From Octopus bimaculoides (taxonomy: Eukaryota), in assembly GCF_001194135.2 (NCBI RefSeq), contig NC_068985.1:31299385-31363384 (forward strand): 64,000 nt of DNA, given 5' to 3'. Below, one piece after another: positions 48,801 to 61,100 of this stretch. Below the pieces are notes generated by a model, which was not told the origin of the DNA, did no database searches, and saw only the letters and a list, made by a program, of their open reading frames with translations. How positions within the stretch are numbered: position 1 is the first letter of the stretch; each line of letters starts with the position of its first letter. Made by a program: the position numbers and the translations under genes.

Positions 48801-51800
48801 ATTTTATGTGCCACCCGCACAAGAGCCAGTCCAGGGGCACTGGCAACGATCTCACTCGAAAATCCTACGAAGGCCAGTCAGGCGGTANNNNNNNNNNNNN
48901 NNNNNNNNNNNNNNNNNNNNNNNNNNNNNNNNNNNNNNNNNNNNNNNNNNNNNNNNNNNNNNNNNNNNNNNNNNNNNNNNNNNNNNNNNNNNNNNNNNNN
49001 NNNNNNNNNNNNNNNNNNNNNNNNNNNNNNNNNNNNNNNNNNNNNNNNNNNNNNNNNNNNNNNNNNNNNNNNNNNNNNNNNNNNNNNNNNNNNNNNNNNN
49101 NNNNNNNNNNNNNNNNNNNNNNNNNNNNNNNNNNNNNNNNNNNNNNNNNNNNNNNNNNNNNNNNNNNNNNNNNNNNNNNNNNNNNNNNNNNNNNNNNNNN
49201 NNNNNNNNNNNNNNNNNNNNNNNNNNNNNNNNNNNNNNNNNNNNNNNNNNNNNNNNNNNNNNNNNNNNNNNNNNNNNNNNNNNNNNNNNNNNNNNNNNNN
49301 NNNNNNNNNNNNNNNNNNNNNNNNNNNNNNNNNNNNNNNNNNNNNNNNNNNNNNNNNNNNNNNNNNNNNNNNNNNNNNNNNNNNNNNNNNNNNNNNNNNN
49401 NNNNNNNNNNNNNNNNNNNNNNNNNNNNNNNNNNNNNTTTACTGAGAAAACAAACGCATCGTGTAAGTGAAATGGGCATAGTCAACTGAAAAACGCCAGT
49501 GTATTATGAGAACTTATTTATCAAAGCAAAAATTATATTGGCAATGAATTTAACACCATGAGGGAAACCTAATTATAAACAAAATAATGGTTTCAAATTT
49601 TACCACAAGGGCAGTAATTTTGGGGGAGGAGATCAGTTGATTACATTGACCCCAGTGTTCAACTGGTACTTATTTTATTTACCCCAAAAGGATGAAAGGC
49701 AAAGTCGACCTCGGTGGAATTTGAGCTCAGAACACAGTGATTGTTGAAATACTACTAAGCATTTCGTCCAGCGCGCTAACGATTTTGCCAGCTCGCTGCC
49801 TTAATTATAAACAAAATAATACTAGCTAGAAATGTGTAGAGGAAAATTTAACAAAAAATTGCCCAAACAATGCTAATATGAAAATAAAGAGTAACAGCTT
49901 TGAAATAATGTCAATGATAATAGCTCCAACACAACTGTTAGCAAATCTCCTTAATCCTAAAAGTACTCCAGGATTTATCTGATAAATGTCAAGCTTGTTG
50001 CTAAGAATGAAAGATATCATCACAAATACATGCAACATGTACAATCCAGACCCTGACATGATAAATGTACAACTAGAGGCCCAGTAGACATAAAAAAATA
50101 TGCAGCACAGTTTATTACCAATGAATTTTAATACAAACAACAAATTTTAATCTATTATATATTCTCCATTTTGTTTGATAACCTTTTGCATACATAATCA
50201 ACTTCAATAGCTTACGTCTGTTTCCGCTATAAGATGCAGTGCACTCAGAGCAGAGTGCTTGAGCGTTACTTTACATACAAATCAACTTTCCCTACTCACA
50301 CAGCCAACATCAACACCAAAACCAAAACAACCAGTGCTACTACCAACTCCTTAATGACCAACAACAATACAAACAGTATAAGCAACTCTGTAAAAAATAA
50401 ACAAAAAAAAACCCAGTCCACACAGTAAAGTGGTTCACATTTAGAAGGATATCCAGTTGTAAAACCCATGCCAAAAACTGATGTTGCCTGCGTGAGTGTC
50501 ATGTAAAAAGCACTCAGTCAACTCTGAAGAGTGGTTGGTGTTAGAAAGGGCATCCAGCAATAAAAACCATGCCAAAACAGACACAGAAACATGGTGCAGA
50601 CTCCTGTTTGGCCTGCTCTAGTCAAAGCATCCAACCCAACCCATGTTAGCATGGAAGAACATTAAACAATGATTATATACACACACACACACACATGTGT
50701 ATGTGTATATGTGTTTAGAAATGTGAGTGTGAATACATATATACCCATTGTACTTTAAGCTGGGTACAATAGGATTAAATGTGGAGGACTTTTATGGCTT
50801 TTGGCTGGTGAGGTTGTTTCCTTTTATTTCACATAATACAAAATATCACCTTGGTTCTTATGACTTTAATATCAAGGCTACAGCATGTCTCCTATTCTTG
50901 CGCATTCTCAACACCAATACTAGCTATAAACTAATTTTAGACAAATAAATTTAAATAAAATAGTCATTTGATCTCTTTACTTCTTGTGTGCCTGTTCAAA
51001 GCACACATAATAAAACAAAGTGTATGTCTCGTCAGTCATGCGGGTAAAGACTAAATCACACAAACATTCACAGTCACATGTCTTACAATAAAAGTGTTTA
51101 ATGTCAGTCACACTCAAAAGGAGAGTAAAAAATGAAAAAGTGAGTGGGAGGAAAGGGTAAGTATAAAAATATAGAGTGAGTGACTGAATTGCATATCAGC
51201 TGCTGGAGCAGCAGGTAGTTTGATAAAAATAAGACTGCAAACATCTGTCATTTCCAAACAAATAAACAAAAACCTTGCATCTTTTGTTTGGCTCACACTT
51301 TTCAATTCCATTTTCTTCCAATTGATTGTAAATTAGGTGTATTAATGTAGTTTTGTATGCTAATTATGGAAATGAAATTCATTTTTAGCATAAATAAATA
51401 AAAAGTTAATAGTTTTTAAAGTTCACAAATAATCAAACTTTGAACCTCTGTAACATTTAAAAGAACTTTTTCTGGGACAAGTGAATAACATCAGATTCAA
51501 TATGAAGAATTACACCAATATACCAAATTTGAAAGTTTTCCCTCAATTTTAAACTTTCAAAAAGTGTGAGACAAACAGAAAAGATCCAAAATTCAAAAAT
51601 GAAATATGTTATGTGATGATGGAAGTTCACACAAAGATGTATCTACACACACACACATACAAACAATGAATCTTCTGATGGTGTCAAATAAGGGACAGAG
51701 AAAAAATAATCTTTATTGTAACAGTATATATTAACATCTTTTTGTTGTTTTTCTGTGTACACTCATTTATTTCAATAAATTTGGTAATTTAAAAAAACAA

Positions 51801-54800
51801 AAGGAACATTGTTTAAAAGATCTATCACGTGATACAAGGAAATGAGCAAGACGACATTCAACCCCAACACCAAAACATGTTGCCAGTCGAAGAAAAACAC
51901 TATTTCAAGCAGAAGTAAAACAATACTTAAATATCTAATTTTATAGGAGAGTATTGTAGCTTGCTTGAAGCATTGTGTATTGTTTGTAAACAATAATGCG
52001 TTTTGAATAGCACAACAATGCACTATAACAACAACAATGGACAATAATTAACTGGTGTAATTTAATCATCCATAGTCTGATATAATATTTCGGAATATAA
52101 AAATTCCTACTTCAGATATCCTTAGGGATTGATCGATCAATCCCAAGGGATATCTAAAGAAGGAATATTTATATTCCGAAATATTATATCAGACTATGGA
52201 TGATTAAATTATAACAGTTATTACAGTCCACTGTTATTATAGTGCATTGTTGTGCCATTCAAAACACATTATTACTATTTATTATTATTGTTTACATCTA
52301 ATTTTATATATCTAATTTCATATATACACACAAATATACAGTAAATTTTTTTTTGTTTTCAAATATTGTTCGCATAACATATGTATGCATATATGTGTGT
52401 GTGTGTGTGTGTGTGTATACTTTTTGTTTGATTTTGCAAGCTTACATTTTCTGTGGTTATGTTTCCAAGTAAAGGAGAGGACATCTACACACACATCTGT
52501 ATGTATGTATATATATATATATATATNNNNNNNNNNNNNNNNNNNNNNNNNNNNNNNNNNNNNNNNNNNNNNNNNNNNNNNNNNNNNNNNNNNNNNNNNN
52601 NNNNNNNNNNNNNNNNNNNNNNNNNNNNNNNNNNNNNNNNNNNNNNNNNNNNNNNNNNNNNNNNNNNNNNNNNNNNNNNNNNNNNNNNNNNNNNNNNNNN
52701 NNNNNNNNNNNNNNNNNNNNNNNNNNNNNNNNNNNNNNNNNNNNNNNNNNNNNNNNNNNNNNNNNNNNNNNNNNNNNNNNNNNNNNNNNNNNNNNNNNNN
52801 NNNNNNNNNNNNNNNNNNNNNNNNNNNNNNNNNNNNNNNNNNNNTTATACCAAGTGTAATAAGTGGGTGTGGGTAAAAGGGGGTTATTTTACCCTAAATT
52901 TATATAGCAATAAGAAAATGGAGGAGAATATGCAGTATCCATCGACTTGCAGACAGTGTATTCCATTGAATTAATTTGTTTATTTTGTAACTAAAATGAC
53001 AAAAACCACAATATACAGATGCTTATGACATACCATGCCATATTAACAATTAAGGTTACAAATATAAAGTACATTTAGCAATTGGAGAATATACAGAAAC
53101 TTACAGCTTTTTCGGCCTAGCGTTGGCATGCCCCATTTTATCCCTATAGCTCTGGCACAATCCATGGCCCTCGCAATGATCATGCTCAGATATGCTTTTA
53201 ATGTTCCACTGACACGAGTGCCAATCAGGCTGTATTGTCATCGGCCACGTCAGCGATTTTAATTTCACTTGCCTCAATAGGTCATCACAAGCAAGGTTTA
53301 TTGTCCAATGAGTGAGGGGTATTCATAAATGTGCTGGTTACACCCACTGACATAGGCCATGGGCCATGGTCTCACTTGGCTTGTTGAGTCCTCTCAAGCA
53401 CAGCATATCTCCAAGGGTCCCGGTCACTAGTCATTGCCACAGTAAGGCCCAATTTTCGAAGGTCATGCTTCACCACCTCATCCGAGGTTTTCCTGGGTCT
53501 ACCTTTTCCACAGGTTCCCTCAACTGCTAGGTTGTGACACTTTTTCACATAGCTGTCCTCATTCGTTCGCAACACATGACCATACCAGTGCAGCCGTCTC
53601 TCTTGCACACCACATCTGATGCTTCTTAAATCCAACTTTTCTCTCAGGACACTTACACTCTGCCGTGTATGTACACTGACATTTTACATCCAGCAGAGCA
53701 TACTGGTTTCATTCCTTGCAAGCTTACACATGTCCTCAGCAGTCACGCCCCATGTTTCACTGCCATGTAGCGTGGCTGTTCGCACACGTGTCATACAGTC
53801 TACCTTTTACTCTGAGCGAGAGGCCCTTTGTCACCAGCAGAAATAGGAGCTCTCTAAACTTTACCCAGGCTATTCTTATAAGGGAACAGGGGACCCTGTC
53901 AAAGGCTTTCTCGAAGTCCACAAAAGCCAAGTATAGGGATTTATCTTTGGCTCGGTATTTCTCCTGCAGCTGCTGTACCAGGAATATAGCATTGGTGGTG
54001 CTTCTACCTGGCACAAAACCTAACTGCATCTCATCTAAGCAGACTCTTTGCCTAAATAGTTGGGCTATGACCCTCTCCGTGACCTTCACCACTTGATCCA
54101 TCAGTTTGATACCCCTGTACTTATTTCTATCTAAAGCATCACCTTTACCCTTGTAGCAGTTGACTATGGTGCTGCTACACCAGTCATTGGGTAAGACTCC
54201 ATCATGAACTACTTGGTTTACAATACAGATGACTAGGCCGTAGCTCACACTACCAGATGTTTTAAGCATCTTAGCAATGATTCCTGATGGGCCAGGGGCT
54301 TTTCCTGGCTTCATACCCTTAATTGCTTTATCTACCAGGGTGCTGCCTATTTGGATAGCTGGTCCTTCTACTGGATCAACATTTGGCACGCTCTCCTCCT
54401 CCCATTCATTCTCCACGTTCAGCAGTCTTTTATAATGGCTTCTCTAAGCCTCTTTTTTCTCAGAATCATTAAAAGCAAGTGCACCATCATCCATGCGGAC
54501 ACATTCCTCTCCTGTGACATCGCAATTTTCTCTCACACACTGTCTTGCAATCCAAAATACTTTAGTTCTTTGGTCTTCATGTCACTGGACATTGGCAAAC
54601 TTATTTTCTGCTTCGCTCTTGGCTATGTATACCTGTCGCCCAGCCTCCCCTCTGGCAATCTGGTACAGTTCCCTGCTACCCCCACCCTTCTAGGCTTTTC
54701 AGGCCTGTTTCTTTGCTCTAATGGCTTTGTCTACCGTATTATTCCACCACCATATTACTCTAGGTCTGGAAGGGACTTTGCACCAACTGCAGACTTGGTG

Positions 54801-57800
54801 TGTAGCACTCAGCTGTCCCGTTGGAATTTCCAGCTACCTTTTATGTCCGAGGTCTGTAGCTCCTCCTCCCTCTCATCAAATTTCTTGATGAGGATATCCC
54901 TAAATCTCTGACCATGTGAAGGGTTCTTTAGCTTCCAAATCCTTCTGTCCTCAAGTCTAAAATCACTAATGACTAGTCTATGCTGGGGGATATATTCTTC
55001 ACCTGGGAGGGTTTTTGTATTTTAAGAGCAAACTTACATCCGGTTGTCTGGTGAGGATGAAATCAATCTGGCTAGCAGAGTCACCTGACTGATAGGTTAT
55101 CAGGTGGCTGCCTGGCTTCCTGAACTCAGTGTTGCAGATTAAAAGGTTACATGCATCAGAACTCCAGTAACCTAGTTCCCTCATTGTTTCAGGGACCAAT
55201 ACCATGGCCCCCGTGTACACCAGTGAAGATACTGGATTGCCGCCTAACATCCCCATTAAAATCTCCAGCCGCAAAGATGGTCATTGCCACTCATCTTTGA
55301 GGTAGCCTGTAGAAGGGTATCATAAAAATGGTCCTTCTGATCATTTGGTAGGCCCGCTTGTGGGGAGTAGGCAGAGATAATTGGAGCTGTGCTGTTCTGC
55401 AAGACTAGCCTGAGCTTAAGCACTCTATCGCATACCCTGACAACCTCTATGACCTTATCCACCCATTTCTTTGCAAGTAGTCTGCCTACACCCATTACTC
55501 CAACCAGGTTAGCTGGCTAGAAGATTTTTATACCTATGTGCCTTGCTTGTGAGGAACATAGATGAAGCTCCTCTCCATCTTACCGCTTGTATGCAGCATA
55601 CATCAACACATATTCTTCCGAGCATCTCTACAATCTCACTAGACCTACCTTCCAGTGTGCCTACATTGACAGTGCCAACTCTGAAAACTGGGAAAGGAAT
55701 GTGGGGTGAGGCTTGGGGAGGAGAGATGCTATTCAGCGCCTGAAAAGAAGAGGGAGGTTGTCATGTTTGTTTTTTAGGCATGCTTCCAACCTGACATCAT
55801 TGAAACATTCAAGCATGTTAAGATTGTTGCCCCTACTGGGGGTAAGAGTAGGTGTTAGCAGCATAGTAAGTATAAGCATTATGGTCATCATAAAAATGTA
55901 AATTTAAGCGGTGTTACAAATATGGATATTCCAATGTTAGATTAAGTAGGGAGTCAACTAAACTGGTTGCATTGTCCAGCGAGAGGAGATTGCAGGTATG
56001 ATGGAGGGTACCACCAGCAAGAGGGGGTGTTTCAGACAAAGAGAGGAAACAAGCTCATCCATACATACACACAAGCACGCATGCACACACATACAGGGAC
56101 AAGCACACACGTACAGCCCATTAGCTTTCTCCTTCACCTGATTTATCTTTAGAAAATTACTGAGTAGTTGTTGGCATATTTCTAGATGAAACAAAAGATA
56201 GCCAGTTAAGTAGGTGGGCAGCTAACCTAGTTGCATTTGTCCGAGGAGAGAGAGAGAGTGCGGTTAATATAGAGAACAGCACCAGTGAGGAGGGGGGATT
56301 GACAGAGGAGACATCTGGTAATGGTGGTGACAAATCTCTAGACAACGAAACGAAAGATAGCTGGTTAAGAAGGTGGGCAGCTAACCTAGTTGCATTTGTC
56401 CCAGGAGAGAGAGAAAGAGTGCAGGTAATATATATAGAGAGCAGCCCAGTGAGGAGGAGGGGTTGAGAGAAGAGACATCAGGTAATGGTGGTGGGAGGAG
56501 AGAGAGAGATATCTGTAGATGGTGGGAAGGTATAGATATTCAGTATTGGTGGTGGGGGGGGGGCACACCGGGAACAAAGTTTAATTTGGGGAGATGGTAC
56601 GAGGAACGAAAATAATAATAATAATATACATTCATAGTGTTCATGGCAAATGAGAAATCAAACCAAAGAAATGAGAATCTAAACAAACCAAGAAACAAGT
56701 AATTATCATAACGAAATTACATGAGAAGTTATATATTAAGGGGTCAGTTGAAATGGTTAGCTTCTAAAAACTAGCTGTCAGTAAGTAATACATTTAAAGT
56801 GTTAATGGCGAATGAATGTATGAAAGATTGAAAAAAAAAAAAACGAGAGAATCTTAACTAAGCAATACATCATCATTTGGTGACTGGGCAAGAATACTTA
56901 GAAGCTGCGTGTGAACAGTACCAAATGGAATGGAATGGAAGGGAGCACATGAGACAAGAATTTTTAAATAGATAAGCTGCAACCGGAAGCAAGTTTAATT
57001 TGGGGAGATGGTATAAGGAACAAAAATAATAGTAATAATAATAATATACATTCAGAGTGTTCATTGCGAATGAGAAATTAAACCAAAGAAATGAGAATTT
57101 AAACAAACCAAGAAGCGAGTAATTATCTTAACAAAATTACATGAGAAGTTAATGGCGAATGAATGTATGAAAGATTGAAAAAAATTGAGGGGTCAATTGA
57201 AAAAAATTGAGGGGTCAATTTAAGTGGTTAGCTTACACACACACACACATATATAAATATATATACCTATACATATATACACACAGAAGTCAGAAGGTAT
57301 CAAAGGTGAATATACATTTATTTGACCACGTGACATCCTTAGGGTTACGGCTGTTTCACAACATTCTTCATGTAGTATTAATTTCAGTATGGAAGAAATT
57401 AGGCTTTCATGTTTGCATTGATATGTACACTCAGCATTATACAATTGTATATACGCAAATCAATTAAAATAAAGAAAGCTAGCTTGTGAGGTCACCAGAA
57501 CATCATGGTTGCAACAACAATTAACTTAATGTATGTGTGTATTTGTTTTACTATCTCCTTGCCTTGACATTCTGCTATAATAGTAAGCGAGTGTCAAGAC
57601 GTGTTCTTTATTTCCAATCTTTCATATAATCATGCCTGGGCAGGACAAAATATTATCTTATTTAGAAATAGATGAGGGTAGGCAACATGAATAACATCTG
57701 GCTATACAAAATCTATCTGATCCATGCAAGCATGGAAAAGTGACCGCCTGACTGGCCTTCGTAGGATTTTCGAGCGAGATCGTTGCCAGTGCCCCTGGAC

Positions 57801-58066
57801 TGGCTCTTGTGTGGGTGGCACATAAAAGACACCATTTTGAGCGTGGCCGTTGCCAGTACCGCCTGACTGGCCTTCGTGCGGGTGACACGTAAAAGCACCC
57901 ACTACACTCTCTGAGTGGTTGGCGTTAGGAAGGGCATCCAGCTGTAGAAACTCTGCCAAATTAGATTGGAGCCTGGTGTTGCCATCCGGTTTCACCAGTC
58001 CTCAGTCAAATCGTCCAACCCATGCTAGCATGAAAAGCGGACGTTAAATGATGATGATGATGATGA

Positions 58067-58101
<35 letters not shown>

Positions 58102-61100
58102 ATGGGTGATAATATTTTCAACTAAGACGTTACAACTTTGTCTGATTGTTCAAGTGTTTCAATTCTGTGTATGCACATATATTTACTAAATTGTTGACAT
58201 TTATCAATGGTTTCTCTCATTAATAAAACTGTCAGCATTTTTGATGACACAGGTATGCTAGTTTTCTTATAAACTTGAATGTTATTCATTAAAAAATCCA
58301 CTTATTCAACAATGTTAGATTCATCATGTTTGATGTATGAAATCTCACCAGTTTAAAATTTAACCTGAAGATGATGATGGCTTATATGTTATGAATACAC
58401 CACTAAAATTCTATGAAAACAGTTGTCGTAAATTTTAAATGGCATCTGTGTTCTCTTTTATTTATATATATGTATATATTTATATACACACACACACATA
58501 CATATAAGAATGAATGAATGAACATATTTTAATTCCAATTAAAGATTTTCAACCAAAATCTGGGATAATAGAAATTTAAAGAGACAAAAATGATTACACT
58601 TACCAGCTGACCATAGGCAGCAGCTCTGTTTTGATAAAATGTAGCCAGTTGCAGTTTGTTATCTGAACACAGAGAAATTGCTTTGGTGTAGGACTCAATT
58701 GCTTCATTGTATTTACCACTTTTGAAAAATACATTACCTTCTTCTTTTGCCTTAAGAGCAGATTCTGTGCTGGACATCTGAAATAGAAAATTGAATTTTA
58801 AACTTGTCTGACAGTTATTCTGTGAATACTATATATATGGTACCAAATCAACAGGTGCCTGATGTAAAGCCCAAATTTGCCATTTTATGTTGAAATCCTT
58901 GAAATATAGTCTATGTTAAATTCATAACTCTGTATGTCTTCACATAAATTTAGTATACAAAAGTATATGCAGAGAGATACAAGAGAAGATATGTTCACTG
59001 CCCAGGAGATTAGCACAGTAGCTGTAACAAGGTTTAAGTTCAATAAGTTAGTCTTTCAACCATTGCATACCATTAACCCCTTTGTTGCCTTAAAATACTT
59101 GTCATTATTAACCTGGTGTTTGGAATGCAAATTAAAGTGAAAATTTGATGGAATGTTTTGATTTAGATCACTTTAAACAAATCTGTATCATCAGGCAGGT
59201 TGGTTGAGAAGGCAGAGAAGCTGTGGGGAAGATGGCAGTGAGAGAAAAAGAAGCAGAGGGACAAGAAATAGCTGCTGTAGGAGGGTACCACAGAGACAGG
59301 GAGAAAAGAAAGAACAGAGTGTGAATGTCATGAAAGCAGTGTAGATGAGGAGGCAATAGAGAGAGGGTGGGGGAAAACAGTGGATGGGTGCAACAAGGAA
59401 AAGAAAGGCTAGAGAATACCCTAGAGGTATAAAGCCAGGTTGTGAGATAAAGACAAGAGGCATAGTTGGGTTGCAATAGAGGTAATTTGGGAGAGAGTGT
59501 GCTCTGAGTGATGTGCAGTGAGGCGGGTTTGGTGGATACTAGTTTGCTAGTTACAAGATCAGTGATTGCAAGAGACTGTATTCTATATATTGCAAGTGAG
59601 GGCAGACTAATGCCATGCCTGGCAAAAGAGTGTCCGCCACTGAAGTGACCCAATACGATCGAAATCACATGATCTGGTGGTCTCACTTGCTATGAATATT
59701 GAGTGCAAGAGCGCACTGAATAAATCAGTTGGAGATGTCTTCCTGAGGTTAAAATAGCAGTATCATCAGTTCTTAGAGAACACCCATGCTAAAGTGGCGA
59801 TAAACACTACACACACACAATTATTAATGTCTATTTTTTCATGCTTGCATGGGTTAGATGGATTTTGTGGATGCCCTTTTTGTCAAGTAAGATAATATTT
59901 CCCTGTTGTTGGATATGCTTTCACAGAAGACTGAAAACGAAAGACACTGCAAAAGACACTCTCGGAGTGGTTGGCATTAGGAAGAGCATCCAGCTGTAGA
60001 AACTCTGCCAGATCAGATTGGAGCCTGGTGCAGCCTTCTGGTTTGCCAGTCCTCAGTCAAATCGTCCAACCCATGCTAGCACGGAAGGCGGACGTTAAAC
60101 GATGATGATGATGACTGCTATATGTTTACAAAACAGACTGCTTTCAGTTTGTCTACCAAATCCAGTCACAAAGCTTTGATTTGCCCAAGGCTATAGTAGA
60201 AGACACATGCTCAATGTCCCGTGCAGTGGGGCTGAATATGAAACTGTGTGGTTGGGAATCAAACTTCTTAACCACTCAGCCATGCCTGATATTTTTCAAC
60301 AAAATTTCATGGTATGTTCCAAACATCAGTTTATTAATGACAAAAGTTAGGGTTAGGGTTAGCCGATTAGATGTAAACAAAACCCATGTGCTTTCACTTG
60401 ACGTTTACTCACATCAAATCGAAAGATAGCCGTTATTTAGTCTTCTGAAGCACTTAGTAAATATAATTAGTGTAATCTTTAAAAAAATATATTTGCAAAA
60501 TTTCATCTTATATTTGAAATCCAAACTCTCAAAATGAGCAAAATCAACAGATTTCATTTGATCACAGCAAAATTCAAAAATGCAAACAAAGCAAATAGCA
60601 GTTATGCCAATGGCATTTCCATAATTGTTACATTCTTATAACTTACATCAATATTCTAAAACATTGGATGACTACAACGCGCCCTTGTCATGCTGGCGTT
60701 TTTAATATTGTGCATTCCCAATCTAATCTTCGTTTGCAAAAACCAAGATAGCAAAGTATATAGACGACAGAAAATCAAAAAAATTCTTTGTTGCTTGAAG
60801 CTTTTGGGTTTTCATTGATTCATCTTTCAGATTTTGATACAATCGACTACATGCGTTCTATGAAAGTAAACTTGTCCCAATTAAAACAACATATTGTATG
60901 ACACGTAATTGTTCCTATATTTAGCACCGACTAAAAAGCATTCGCGATTTTTAGACGATGCTGCAAAATAGATTCAACAAATTTTCAAGAATAGTATTTA
61001 AATGACAGAATGCTTACAAACTGAAAACATTTGCCTAATATGACTATTTGGGTTAAATTATGCGGCGATCGCCAATTATGCCTATTAACCGCAATTCCAG

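Noticed and set aside
49826-50143. 105-aa hydrophobic ORF on the TOMM70 strand
   Set aside because: TTG/ATG-start ORF in AT-rich intron with no recognisable motif or splice fit.
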